The notes under the pieces were generated by a model. The model made no database searches, was not told the origin of the DNA, and saw only the letters and a program-made list of their open reading frames with translations. 64,000 nt of DNA from a virus (lineage: Duplodnaviria > Heunggongvirae > Uroviricota > Caudoviricetes). A program made the translations under genes and the position numbers. The stretch is from positions 1 to 64,000 of IMG/VR virus record IMGVR_UViG_3300033076_001232. One strand, written 5' to 3'. Below are positions 38,333-48,567 of this stretch, in pieces (within the stretch, counting starts at the first letter, position 1; every line of letters starts with the position of its first letter).

Positions 38333-39034
38333 ATGTTTAAAATTGAATTAATTAAGAAGTACCTCTACTTTGATGTTGAGACGGCTACTGGATGTGAATC
38401 CTATGAAATCTTGGTCGAGAAGAATCCCCGATTAGCCTCACTCTGGGAAAAAAGATGTAAATATTATAAATCTACATTTCCCGAATTATCTGATGCTTCT
38501 ATATCAGAAATATACGATCAAAAGGCTCCGTTAGAACCTGAATTTGCTAGAGTTGTTTGTGTTTCTTTTGGTTCATTTGATGAGGATAATATGGAGAGAT
38601 TTATTTCATTCTCCGGTCCTGACGAGGTTGATATCTTGAATAAAGCGAATAAGGTTCTAAATAATGCCTTTGCTAAAAACTGGAAATTGTGCGGTCATAA
38701 TATCAAAGCATTCGATGTACCATGTTTAGGTAAGAGAATGTTATACAATTCGATAAATCCATCTGGAAATATCCAAATATGGGATAAGAAGCCTTGGGAA
38801 ATTCCTTACGTTGATACCTCTGAAGTTTTTTCTTTCGGTAGCTGGGTTCAACAGAAATACCTAAGTCTTGATCTAGTTTCTTGCATGCTTGATGCAGAGT
38901 CTCCTAAAATTTCTATGGATGGATCTCAGGTAAGCAGTTTTTTCTGGAAGGATCAGGATTACACCAAGATTGGTGAATATTGCGAGAATGATGTTAGGAC
39001 AGTGATGGAGATCATGAAAAAGTCCTGTTTCTAG
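38333..39034 (+). CDS. DEDD 3'-5' exonuclease (PolB-exonuclease-like)
   Basis: FDVET, GHNIKAFDVP, YCENDV. Confidence 0.88.
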   Translation: MFKIELIKKYLYFDVETATGCESYEILVEKNPRLASLWEKRCKYYKSTFPELSDASISEIYDQKAPLEPEFARVVCVSFGSFDEDNMERFISFSGPDEVDILNKANKVLNNAFAKNWKLCGHNIKAFDVPCLGKRMLYNSINPSGNIQIWDKKPWEIPYVDTSEVFSFGSWVQQKYLSLDLVSCMLDAESPKISMDGSQVSSFFWKDQDYTKIGEYCENDVRTVMEIMKKSCF

Positions 39035-39059
39035 AAGTTTACTCAAACAGTCATTATAT

Positions 39060-39096
39060 AAAGCTTTTCTTTGATATATAGAGAAAAGCTTTTTTT
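39060..39096 (+). terminator. Hairpin/terminator with the late promoter GATATATA (39073-39080) in its loop
   Basis: aaagcttttct-ttgatatatag-agaaaagcttt-tttt, followed directly by the GTG start. Confidence 0.7.
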
Positions 39097-39894
39097 GTGG
39101 CCAGAGTTTTAGATTACATATCATTCAATTCGGGGATCAATGAATCAGAAACCCCATACTATCACGAAAACCTTAATCCGGTCTTTTGGGAAAAAAAGAA
39201 GGATAGAAAGGGAGATGTGAAATGGGTTTTCGATCAGAGGGTTCGTAGAAAATTAATCAGAATAGCCAAAGAGTTTTACTCTAAGTACGAGGATATACTT
39301 GGACAGAGAGCAATAAAAGATATAATTTTAACTGGCTCACTTGCTAATTTCAACTATACCAAATATTCAGATTTGGATGTTCATGTTTTAGTTAACATGG
39401 AAGGAATAGATGATGACAATCCAAAGATTCTAAAGTCTGCAGTAGACGGGGTTAGATTTATTTGGAATCTCAGGCATGATATTAAAATCAGAAATTATGA
39501 TGTCGAATTATATCTTCAGGATGAAAATGAAGAGCATACAGCATCTGCAATATTCTCCCTTCTTAATAACGAATGGATAAAAAAACCAGTATACGATCTC
39601 CCAGAAATTGACGATCAGCAGGTTCAGAGAAAATACGAAGCAATTGTTTCTGATATTGAGAATATGCACACTAGATTGATGATTTCTGGAAATATGACAT
39701 CCAACGCAAGACAGCTCCATAAGAGATGCGAAAAGATAAAAAGCAAGATTTTTAAAATGAGGAGGGAATCTCTCTCCAAAGATGGAGAGATGTCGATAGG
39801 TAATCTAGTGTTTAAAAAGCTTAGAAACGAGGGATATATAAAGCAGTTAATAGATATTATTTCTAAATCCTACGACAAAATTTACACAGAATAA
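39097..39894 (+). CDS. Pol-beta superfamily nucleotidyltransferase
   Basis: IILTGSLANFNYTKYSDLDVHV (GS...DxD) plus VELY; GTG start. Confidence 0.82.
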   Translation: MARVLDYISFNSGINESETPYYHENLNPVFWEKKKDRKGDVKWVFDQRVRRKLIRIAKEFYSKYEDILGQRAIKDIILTGSLANFNYTKYSDLDVHVLVNMEGIDDDNPKILKSAVDGVRFIWNLRHDIKIRNYDVELYLQDENEEHTASAIFSLLNNEWIKKPVYDLPEIDDQQVQRKYEAIVSDIENMHTRLMISGNMTSNARQLHKRCEKIKSKIFKMRRESLSKDGEMSIGNLVFKKLRNEGYIKQLIDIISKSYDKIYTE

Positions 39895-39902
39895 ACTGAG
39901 AT

Positions 39903-42602
39903 ATGATAATTATTTTACCAAAAACAACCGAGTATAAGTTAGGGAATGACTTTCCCCTAATTACCATACCGATGACTATGGAAAATGCTCAGGAAGCTTC
40001 ATTCGAAGATTTCCAGTGGTGGGCATTATCGGAGGATTTCCAAAAGTGGTTAAAAGCTAATCCTAGACAATGGGTTGCAGACTCCGAAGATCTATCTAAG
40101 TATACAGGAAGTCTAACTGAGTATCTCAGAGAATGTATGGAGAATCCAACAGACGAAGATTCTCTAAGTGAATCGAAGGTTGCTTCTTTTAAGGATTATG
40201 AAAGAATGATTTATGAAAATCTTCAGCTTTTTGAAGAAGATGGAGAGGAATCTTCCGGTGTAGATGACCAGGCTACTGTAAAAGAAGCAGTTAAGTTCCA
40301 CTTTGCATACAACTCACTAAAATCTCAAGGAGCTATTCAAGAATCAGCAACAGGAGAACAAATAGCATCAGGAGACGATAAAGCGGTTTTCTTAGTTCTG
40401 GAGGATCCTGAATCTAAAGAAAATCTTCTTGAAACTATGAAGGCCTTCAGAATGAAAGGCTTCACACAAACATCTGCAGGATCCAAGTTTACTTTGATTA
40501 ATGTTACTGAAATGGTTCCTGGTGGTGCTGTTTCAGAGGACGATACCGCAGAAAATGTTGTTGGTAAGATAGTTCAGGATGCTACAATATTAGCTACAAC
40601 TGCAGGAGCTGGAGTATTGATATTCGGAGCTCTTAAAGTAGCTGGAGGTGCTTTAGGAACCCGTGCATTATTAAAAACAATAAAAGGATTTTCACCTAGT
40701 GCAGCAGCTCAAGCAGCAGCACAGACTGCAGGTAAACCTGGTATTTGGAGTAAAGCAGGTAAATTCACTGCTGGTAAACTAAAAAGTATTTGGGGTGTTG
40801 CTAAAGATATGGCAGTACTCAAAAATACTAGAATTGCTGCACAAGGAGCAGCAAGAGGATTTAGAGGAGCCAAGGCAGCTTATATGTTAGGTAAGCAAGG
40901 AATTGGTGGTGCCCTTAAAGCATTCGGTAAAGGATTTACAAGAGGATTTAGCAAGCTAGGTGGAAAGGCAATACCTTTCGTTGGTGAGGTTTTAATGGTT
41001 ATTGATGCTGTTGGTTCTACCTGGAACTGGTTTAGCTCGAATCAAGCTCCAAGATACGGTGAGGTCGAAGATTTCGCTCACAATTCAATGGATCCATCAG
41101 CTATCCCAGTTGGTGTTCCTATCACCATATGTTGGTCTCAGCCTGCAGGTGGATGGGGAGGAGCAGCAACTAGCTTCTTTTTTAATAATGAAACAAGGAC
41201 TACGTGCGAGCTTGTAAAAATAGGTACTAAAGATAACTACTCTATATTCATTCTTACCCAAGTAAATTCCAAGGAAGTTCAGAAACAATTGGCCGAGCAC
41301 GACTTGGTAATGATTGCACTAGATAACAGTGATAAAGTTAATGAACAACCTGAGGATGAAAGTAATGTTCTGATGAAGATAGGTAAGTATGTTCAGAGAA
41401 CATTTGATAACGAGGACCTAGATTTTAAAATGTCATTCGTTGATGGGATCGATAAAATCGCAGCTTTATTTAATTTCCAGGGGATGTGTGATTGGAGCAC
41501 ATTCATTAATGAATATAATAATGCTTCGGACCAATTAATAATAGCTGATGAAAACGCACCTGCTACTTACCAGTTCTATTATACTGATGCGGAGGATAAC
41601 ATAATTAACGTTGCAGGAAGTCTCATAACCAGTGACGAGTTAGCTTCAATATCTGATACTGATATAGAGAAAATATTCTATCCGATTGAAGGCGGTGAAG
41701 ATGTATTCGGTAAGATTAAGAAAAAAGGAGAGGGAGAGGTTGAAGAATCCGAGGATTTTAACCCGACCGGGCTTCATTCTCTAATGGAATCATCTGGAGT
41801 AATCACATCCTTCTCTGATTTCAATAAGTCTCTAGATAGAGTTAATTCTGAAATTTTGGAAACAACAAAAACAGAGGGTAACCCAGACGAAGGAGCGGGA
41901 GATCCGGATTCACAAAGTGAATCTAATACGGTTGATCTAGAACCTGAGGATAAGGCAGAACCTGCAAAGGTGGCAATATACAAGGTTACCGACCGTGAAT
42001 ATGCTAATCCTGAATTAAGAAAATATAAAGCTGGTGTATTTACCCAGTTTATTCTTACTGAGGAATCTTTCGATGCTAAAGCAAATGAATCTATAGGTGT
42101 GGATGTTAATACTACAGGTGAAGATTTAGAAGATCCAAGAAGAGGAGTTTATGCTTACAAGAGAAAAGAGGATAAACCTGTAGTTGTAGTAGATAAGGAT
42201 AAGGAAAAAGATAAGGAAGAGGAAGAAGTTAAAAGAGATCAGCAACCAGACGTAAAAACAGAGGATGACTATTACGTAAAAGTTGATCCTAAAGACGTAG
42301 AGATAAAGGACAAGAGAAACTCTACAGTTATTAGGGACAAAAGCGTAGAGGGAGGAATAAACATTCTTGATGAATTCCTAGACGCTAAGAAAAAAGAACT
42401 TTTGGGTATATCTGATTGGAAAGCAATAACATTTGCTAAATCTATGACAGATGCAAGAGGCGATGTTACTGAGGTTAAACTTAAGAATAGATTTGCTCCG
42501 TTCGGTGATAAGATTAGAAAATATCGAGTTACTGATGGTGAAGCTTTTGAAATAGCGAAGAAGTTTGCCGAGGACGTAGAAACAAGAATAAAATATGAAT
42601 AA
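39903..42602 (+). CDS. Large hypothetical virion protein with a Gly/Ala/Lys-rich membrane-interacting segment
   Basis: 899 aa; GATATATA at 39833; hydrophobic ATILATTAGAGVLIFGAL and KAIPFVGEVLMVIDAV. Confidence 0.65.
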   Translation: MIIILPKTTEYKLGNDFPLITIPMTMENAQEASFEDFQWWALSEDFQKWLKANPRQWVADSEDLSKYTGSLTEYLRECMENPTDEDSLSESKVASFKDYERMIYENLQLFEEDGEESSGVDDQATVKEAVKFHFAYNSLKSQGAIQESATGEQIASGDDKAVFLVLEDPESKENLLETMKAFRMKGFTQTSAGSKFTLINVTEMVPGGAVSEDDTAENVVGKIVQDATILATTAGAGVLIFGALKVAGGALGTRALLKTIKGFSPSAAAQAAAQTAGKPGIWSKAGKFTAGKLKSIWGVAKDMAVLKNTRIAAQGAARGFRGAKAAYMLGKQGIGGALKAFGKGFTRGFSKLGGKAIPFVGEVLMVIDAVGSTWNWFSSNQAPRYGEVEDFAHNSMDPSAIPVGVPITICWSQPAGGWGGAATSFFFNNETRTTCELVKIGTKDNYSIFILTQVNSKEVQKQLAEHDLVMIALDNSDKVNEQPEDESNVLMKIGKYVQRTFDNEDLDFKMSFVDGIDKIAALFNFQGMCDWSTFINEYNNASDQLIIADENAPATYQFYYTDAEDNIINVAGSLITSDELASISDTDIEKIFYPIEGGEDVFGKIKKKGEGEVEESEDFNPTGLHSLMESSGVITSFSDFNKSLDRVNSEILETTKTEGNPDEGAGDPDSQSESNTVDLEPEDKAEPAKVAIYKVTDREYANPELRKYKAGVFTQFILTEESFDAKANESIGVDVNTTGEDLEDPRRGVYAYKRKEDKPVVVVDKDKEKDKEEEEVKRDQQPDVKTEDDYYVKVDPKDVEIKDKRNSTVIRDKSVEGGINILDEFLDAKKKELLGISDWKAITFAKSMTDARGDVTEVKLKNRFAPFGDKIRKYRVTDGEAFEIAKKFAEDVETRIKYE

Positions 42603-42670
42603 TCTTCAGAATGTTAAAAAATATCTGAATGATTGTTGATATATAAATGACATAAAAAAGAAAAATAAAA

Positions 42671-44692
42671 ATGCCAACAACTCAAAGACTTAACGAAGAA
42701 TTGGTTTTTATCCTTGAAAGACAGGAGCTTTTCCTTGAATCTAAAAAGGAAGGCTCAGAAGATTATGTCTTGGAAGGTATAGCTGCTGTTTTCGGTAAAG
42801 AAAACAACAATAACCGAATCTATGAAGAGAAAGAATATCTTCCTCACTTAGATTATCTTAAGGATAAAATCAAACAAAGAAGATTGGTTGGTGAGCTTGA
42901 TCACCCTGAAAAGTTTGACGTTTCACTTAAGAATATTTCACATATCATAGAAAAATTAGACTATGATAAAGGAAATAGACAACTTAAGATCAAAGTTAGA
43001 TTGTTGGATACCCCAGCAGGTAAAATAGCTAAAAATTTAGTTGATGCCGGTGTTCCTTTATCGATATCATCTAGAGCTGCTGGCTCAGTTGGTGGAGATA
43101 AAAAGGTACAGATTAAAAAAATATTCACCTATGATCTAGTTGCAGATCCAGGTTTTCAAGATGCACAGTTAGAAAGAGTTTATGAGAGTGCAGGTTTCAC
43201 TTATGAAGAATTCTTCGAGAAGAGAAACAACACTATCCTAAACAGCTTGACTTGTTTAAATGAGTCTTTGGGTCTAGAAAATGAATCTCCTGTGAAGATA
43301 TATAGAGTTGAAAACAACGAAGAATTTAATAAACTCGTGAAAACAGACAAAAATAAAACATCCCTTATGGAGAATAATGAATTTGTTACCGCTGAAGAAT
43401 TGAATCAATATTCCCTTTTTCTAAAGAAGGAAATGGATTCGATGAAGAATGAGCTGACATCTATTAGACAAGAAAGAAATACTATCACCGAATCTAATAG
43501 TGATTATTCTAAATCTATGGTTACCCAACTTGAAAACAGAGTAGCTAAGCTAGAGAAATATTCTGAGTATCTTGCAGAGAATTTAGATAACGCTATCAAG
43601 TATGGTGAATATCTTGCAGAGAATTTAGACCAAAGCATTGGCTATAGCAAGTACTTAGCTGAAAATTTAGATAAGAACATTTCTTATTCTAAATATCTTG
43701 CTGAGAACGTTGATAAGAACATTTCTTATTCTAAATATCTTGCTGAGAACGTTGATAAATCTATTAGCTATACTGAATATGTAGCTGAGAACGTTGACAA
43801 AAATATCGAGTACTCTAGATATCTAGCTGAGAAACTAGATCAATCTATCCAATACTCTGAATATCTTGCTGAGAACGTTGATAACAACATCGCTTACAGT
43901 GAGCATATCGCAGAAAACGTTAATGATGGAATAGCTTACACTGAATATGTAGCTGAGAAATTAAACGACGGTATCGAGTACACAGAGTATCTTGCTGAGA
44001 ATTTAAATAAATCAATCTCTTATGCTGATTATTTAGCTGAGAATTTAAATAGAGGTTTAGATTATTCTGAATACTTAGCAGAAAAAGTTAAGAGAGGAAT
44101 TGATTACGCTGAATATATTGCTGAAAGCATCAATTCAGGAACACAATCTCTAAACACTAATAACTCCGACTTTGGAAGTATTAGAGAAAGCGTTGATGTT
44201 AGTGCGCATGCAGGACTTAATGAGTCAGGCTTTGCTGGTAACTACGACGATTTAACTTCAAAAATTGACAATTTGATCGAATCGGTTAAAACACAAAAAA
44301 CCGAGTCAAATATAAACGAGGCTGCTTCTAGAATGCAGACTCAAGCCAACACACAAAAGGCAGACGAAACAGTTCTTAACGAATCAATTAACGAAGGAGG
44401 AACTGGTCTCAAATTTATTGATGAAATGCCAGAAGAATATTCTACGGTTTGGGAATCTTTAACTGAGGGTCACAAGCAATCTATCATTGCACAAAGTAAC
44501 TTCTACAGATTAGATACCCCTTACCAAATTAAGAATTTCTGGTCCACACGTCAATTGGGATCTAAAACTCTAGGAGTTCAAAAATTGAACGAAAACGAAA
44601 ACGCAGCTGAAAATAACGCAACACAAGCTTACTCAAGCGATTATATGGCTTACATAGCTTCTGCGTTAGAGCAAAAATTTCAAAAAAGGTAA
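42671..44692 (+). CDS. Prohead protease (gp21-like) fused to a scaffolding domain
   Basis: LEGI..NNNNRIY, GELDHP, LDTPAG, ISSRAAGS, YDLVADPGF, then a repeat-rich coiled coil; GATATATA at 42638. Confidence 0.92.
   Translation: MPTTQRLNEELVFILERQELFLESKKEGSEDYVLEGIAAVFGKENNNNRIYEEKEYLPHLDYLKDKIKQRRLVGELDHPEKFDVSLKNISHIIEKLDYDKGNRQLKIKVRLLDTPAGKIAKNLVDAGVPLSISSRAAGSVGGDKKVQIKKIFTYDLVADPGFQDAQLERVYESAGFTYEEFFEKRNNTILNSLTCLNESLGLENESPVKIYRVENNEEFNKLVKTDKNKTSLMENNEFVTAEELNQYSLFLKKEMDSMKNELTSIRQERNTITESNSDYSKSMVTQLENRVAKLEKYSEYLAENLDNAIKYGEYLAENLDQSIGYSKYLAENLDKNISYSKYLAENVDKNISYSKYLAENVDKSISYTEYVAENVDKNIEYSRYLAEKLDQSIQYSEYLAENVDNNIAYSEHIAENVNDGIAYTEYVAEKLNDGIEYTEYLAENLNKSISYADYLAENLNRGLDYSEYLAEKVKRGIDYAEYIAESINSGTQSLNTNNSDFGSIRESVDVSAHAGLNESGFAGNYDDLTSKIDNLIESVKTQKTESNINEAASRMQTQANTQKADETVLNESINEGGTGLKFIDEMPEEYSTVWESLTEGHKQSIIAQSNFYRLDTPYQIKNFWSTRQLGSKTLGVQKLNENENAAENNATQAYSSDYMAYIASALEQKFQKR
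43559..44134 (+). repeat. 14 tandem 42-bp (14-aa) repeats YSEYLAENLDKxIx; units 43670-43711 and 43712-43753 are identical
   Basis: Counted directly in the translation and the DNA. Confidence 0.93.
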
Positions 44693-44710
44693 AAAAAATA
44701 GAAAACAATC

Positions 44711-46411
44711 ATGAAACTGATTAACGAACAAGAAATCTATGATACCTGGTCTCCGATTATCGAGAGCAAAGCTGGTATCACAGATGAAAACAAAAAAGGT
44801 TGGTTGACTAAATACTGTCACTACCACTCATTAAATGAGTCTGCTGGAGCTTATAACACTTTAGGTGTTGTAAACGGTATGGGTAACGTTGCTCCCCCAG
44901 CATTCCCTGGTGCTACTATTGGTGGTACTTCTTTCTCAACAGGCGCTAACGCTGGTTTCTACAACACAGCATGGCAAGGATCTGGAGATAAATTCCCTTC
45001 ACTTCTTCCGTTGGCTATTCAAGTAGCTGCGAAGACTGTAGGTTTTGATATCGTTCCAGTTATCCCTATGTCTGGTCCTACTGGTATCTTGTCTTACTTA
45101 GACTATGTATACGCAGGTGGTAAAGTTGCAGGTGCTACTTCTGCTGTATCTGGAGACAGTTTAGCAAAAGCTCCTTCAATGATTAAATTCCCAGTTGCTC
45201 AAGGATCTGCTGCAGGTCTTACTGGTGCTACTGCTGGAACATTTACTGTAGGTACTGCTTATACCATTACAAATGGTGGAGTTCTTACATTAAGATTTGT
45301 TGGTCTTTCAAGAATCGATGGTTTCCCAATCTTCGAAATTGAAAACATCACAGACGGTTATAACGTAGCTGGTATCATCGCTTCTCCTTTTGGACAAAAC
45401 GTTGTTACTTCTACAATGTACACTTCTGGTTCTGCTCAGTTAGTTAAAGGTCTTGAAGATCACATCCAAGGATTCTCTGGTGCTGGTTTCAACAACACAG
45501 ACGACTGGCAAGGTCCTTACGTAGATGGTACTAAGACTTACAATCCAATGTTAAGAGGTGTTGCTGAGTCTACTTACTACAACTCAATGGGTCTATCGAC
45601 TTTCACTAAGTTCGTAGAAGCTGAGACTTTCCAAGTTGCTGCTTCTGTTACAACTGAGCAAATCCAAGATCTTAACAAACAATTCGGTATCGACGTTATC
45701 TCAATGATCGAGAACGCATTGGTTAATGAGGTTTCTCAGTCTATTAACAAGCACATCCTTTCAAGAGCATTCGCTCTAGGTTGGTCTAACCACATCCAAT
45801 TCAACTCAGTTGAAAACCAAAACTTGAACTTGAACTTGGTTATCGGTGGTGGTTCTGGTACTACTTCAGCTTACGTTAAGAAAGATGATACTACTGGATC
45901 TATGGCTATCCCTGCAGGTCCTGCATCAGGTGGTTATGAGAACTTGTCAACTCTACAAAGAAGACTATTCTCAAGAATCCTTGCAGCTGCTAATGTAGTA
46001 GCTAACAGAGGTCGTAGAGGTCCTGCTAACTTCATCGTTACTAACGCTGCAGTAGCAAGTGCACTTCAAGATATCTCTCAGTTCACTTTCGCACCTTTCT
46101 CTAACACGTTGACTCAAAACAACGGTACTTTATACCCTGTAGGTTCACTTGCTGGTATGACCGTTTACGTAGATCAGAACATGAGATACGACGATACACG
46201 TGTATGTATTGGTAGAAAAGGTGGTGATGATGAGCCAGGATTGAAATTCATGCCTTACATGATGGCTGAGTCAATTCAGACTATCTCTGAAGGTACAATG
46301 TCACCTAAAATCGCGGTTAAATCAAGATACGCTCTAGTTGAAGCTGGTTTCTTACCAGAGACTATGTACTTGACATTCTATGTTAATGTACCTGCTGGAG
46401 GTTTAGCTTAA
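44711..46411 (+). CDS. Major capsid protein (T4 gp23-like)
   Basis: WSPIIE, VIPMSGPTG, EQIQDL, EVSQSINK, RRGPANFIV, FMPY, PKIAVKSRYAL; strongly biased codon usage. Confidence 0.95.
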   Translation: MKLINEQEIYDTWSPIIESKAGITDENKKGWLTKYCHYHSLNESAGAYNTLGVVNGMGNVAPPAFPGATIGGTSFSTGANAGFYNTAWQGSGDKFPSLLPLAIQVAAKTVGFDIVPVIPMSGPTGILSYLDYVYAGGKVAGATSAVSGDSLAKAPSMIKFPVAQGSAAGLTGATAGTFTVGTAYTITNGGVLTLRFVGLSRIDGFPIFEIENITDGYNVAGIIASPFGQNVVTSTMYTSGSAQLVKGLEDHIQGFSGAGFNNTDDWQGPYVDGTKTYNPMLRGVAESTYYNSMGLSTFTKFVEAETFQVAASVTTEQIQDLNKQFGIDVISMIENALVNEVSQSINKHILSRAFALGWSNHIQFNSVENQNLNLNLVIGGGSGTTSAYVKKDDTTGSMAIPAGPASGGYENLSTLQRRLFSRILAAANVVANRGRRGPANFIVTNAAVASALQDISQFTFAPFSNTLTQNNGTLYPVGSLAGMTVYVDQNMRYDDTRVCIGRKGGDDEPGLKFMPYMMAESIQTISEGTMSPKIAVKSRYALVEAGFLPETMYLTFYVNVPAGGLA

Positions 46412-46434
46412 TCTTAACCACATAAGCACATATT

Positions 46435-46464
46435 AAAACCCTAGGCTCAGCCTAGGGTTTTTTT
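46435..46464 (+). terminator. Intrinsic terminator after the MCP gene
   Basis: aaaaccctaggc-tca-gcctagggttttttt. Confidence 0.9.
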
Positions 46465-46507
46465 GTTTACTTGGGATATATAGAGAGTAGAAAAGTAAAA
46501 TTTTAAT

Positions 46508-47668
46508 ATGAAAAATATCCCATCTTTTGAAGAATTCGAAAAGCATTATGATTTCATAGAGTCAACTAACGAAAGCCTCATGGAAGAGCTTAGAAATCTA
46601 GAGGGAGCTAATCCTGAACATTCCGTAAACGAAGGACACGTTATGAATGCTGCTAAGAACTTCCTGTCCAAATTTTTTCTTGGTCCACTCTCTAGAGTAA
46701 ATGCAATAGACCAAGCTAGAAAGATTATTCTAGAATTAGAATTAGATCTAATAGAAAAAAGACATAAGTACGAGCAAGAAGCGGATGAGCTAAACACCAA
46801 GATTGACGAACTTACCAAAATTAACGATAAGGAAAAGATTCTTTCCTTAGAGAAAGAAAGAGAAATGAAGGCTAGAGAAATGGATGCCTATGTTAAAACT
46901 CAGAAACTTAAGATTCAGAAATCCAAAGATGTAGCAAGAAAGATCGTAGATGGTAACCAGAGAAGAAAAGAATATCTGGATGCTGGTTATGCCGAGGATG
47001 AGATTGCAATAGCAGAACTTGAGTATAAGCTGATTTCACAAAGGTCGGAAGATAAAGAAGAAATTGGAGAATACGAAGCTAAAGTTAAAAAAGCTAAAGA
47101 AGAAGCCGATGCTAAAGCTGCTGCAATGAAGGATAAAGCTGAAGAGAAAGATGTTAAGGATACAGAGAAAAAATCGGAGGAAGATTCACCTGAGGATTTA
47201 TCTTTGGATCCCCAAGAAGAGAAGAAAAAAGTTGCCAGCAGAAAATACAAAGATATTATAGAGAGAAAAAAAGAGTTAGCTGTCGAGATAGCTGATTTGA
47301 GATCTCAGCTGGAAAGAACTTTGAATAAATTTAGGTCTAGAGTTTCTGCTAACTCAGCAGCAGGAAAGAAAGAATCTAAATATGCGGAAACTGTTAAATT
47401 CTCTCTTTTAGAAATTTGTTCAGCATTAGATTCGAAGATAAACCTACTTAAAACATTAAGAGATTTAGGAAAAACTGAATCTGATGTAAATAATAAATTA
47501 GGTAAGGAGAGCGAATTTACTAAATTAGCTGATAAAATCAATCAGAGCATTCTAGATGGTGAGGATGCTAATTCAGGTACTAAGAAGATTATAGCTGATT
47601 TATTTACTGCTTCACAGGTAACGACCCAATTAATCGATGAGGCTAAAAGAAAAATAATGGAAAACTAA
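46508..47668 (+). CDS. Coiled-coil late protein with CTS-like N-terminus
   Basis: MKNIPSFEEF..; GATATATA at 46475. Confidence 0.72.
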   Translation: MKNIPSFEEFEKHYDFIESTNESLMEELRNLEGANPEHSVNEGHVMNAAKNFLSKFFLGPLSRVNAIDQARKIILELELDLIEKRHKYEQEADELNTKIDELTKINDKEKILSLEKEREMKAREMDAYVKTQKLKIQKSKDVARKIVDGNQRRKEYLDAGYAEDEIAIAELEYKLISQRSEDKEEIGEYEAKVKKAKEEADAKAAAMKDKAEEKDVKDTEKKSEEDSPEDLSLDPQEEKKKVASRKYKDIIERKKELAVEIADLRSQLERTLNKFRSRVSANSAAGKKESKYAETVKFSLLEICSALDSKINLLKTLRDLGKTESDVNNKLGKESEFTKLADKINQSILDGEDANSGTKKIIADLFTASQVTTQLIDEAKRKIMEN

Positions 47669-47673
47669 TCGAT

Positions 47674-48567
47674 ATGTCATTACTTAAATTTAACGAGTGG
47701 GATCAACTAAACGAAGCCAATGTTTTTGATAAAATCAAGAGTTGGTTTAGTGCTAATTTTGGTGGTGCTTTATCTAAGATAGAGGATCTTTTGAGCGAAT
47801 ACCGTTCAGCTGAGACTGAGTATGTAGACGAATGGGAAAAAATTATCGAGGAGATCGATAAATTGGAATTACAAAGATCTCAAACTAAATCTGATCCTGC
47901 GGAGGTAAAAAAGATAGAAAGATACATCCAAAGAAACCGTCAGGTTCTGGAGGATATGAAGAAAGCACATGCTAAAAAAATAGAGCATTTGATGTTGAAG
48001 GTTAAGAAAGCTATTTCAGATAGCAGAAAACTTCAGGGATATTGGGAATTGAATAAGACAAAGATAGATGCTGAAGTTGCTGATGATATGTTGAAAAGAT
48101 CTAAGCAATTAGCAAACGTCGATCTTTCAGGTTCTCTTTATGCTAAATATAAGGAAGCAGTTATAAAGGCCAAGGAAAAAGACCAGGAGTTTAGAGATAA
48201 GTATGGGGATCTTATGGATAAGCAGAAAAAATTTCAAGCTCCGTCTAGCTCGAATAAAACTTCAAAAAGTGGTTTTAGTGATGCTGCTTTCGACCTTTAT
48301 GTCACTATGTCATTAGGAGAATTTACTAATGAGGTATCCGAATTAGACAATAAAGAGCGTAAAGAATTAGCATCTTTCTTGATTAATCATAGAAACGATT
48401 TATACGTTAGAATGGAGATGGAGAAAGAATCAGCTAATGAAATGTTTAAATCCGGAGAACTTACAAGGGAAGATCTCGGTAAAAGAATGAAGGAGATCCG
48501 GGAGAAATATATGGATCAAATAAGGGATCTAAGATCAAAAATAACTGTGTCCAGAAGAAATGCTTAG
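47674..48567 (+). CDS. Coiled-coil late protein with CTS-like N-terminus, likely a distant paralog of 46508
   Basis: MSLLKFNEWDQLNEA; KSWFSANFGGALSKIE versus KNFLSKFFLGPLSRVN. Confidence 0.72.
   Translation: MSLLKFNEWDQLNEANVFDKIKSWFSANFGGALSKIEDLLSEYRSAETEYVDEWEKIIEEIDKLELQRSQTKSDPAEVKKIERYIQRNRQVLEDMKKAHAKKIEHLMLKVKKAISDSRKLQGYWELNKTKIDAEVADDMLKRSKQLANVDLSGSLYAKYKEAVIKAKEKDQEFRDKYGDLMDKQKKFQAPSSSNKTSKSGFSDAAFDLYVTMSLGEFTNEVSELDNKERKELASFLINHRNDLYVRMEMEKESANEMFKSGELTREDLGKRMKEIREKYMDQIRDLRSKITVSRRNA

Noticed and set aside
43559-44134. 42-bp repeats as a CRISPR array or DGR template
   Set aside because: In-frame protein repeats with largely synonymous variation; no spacers and no reverse transcriptase in the window.
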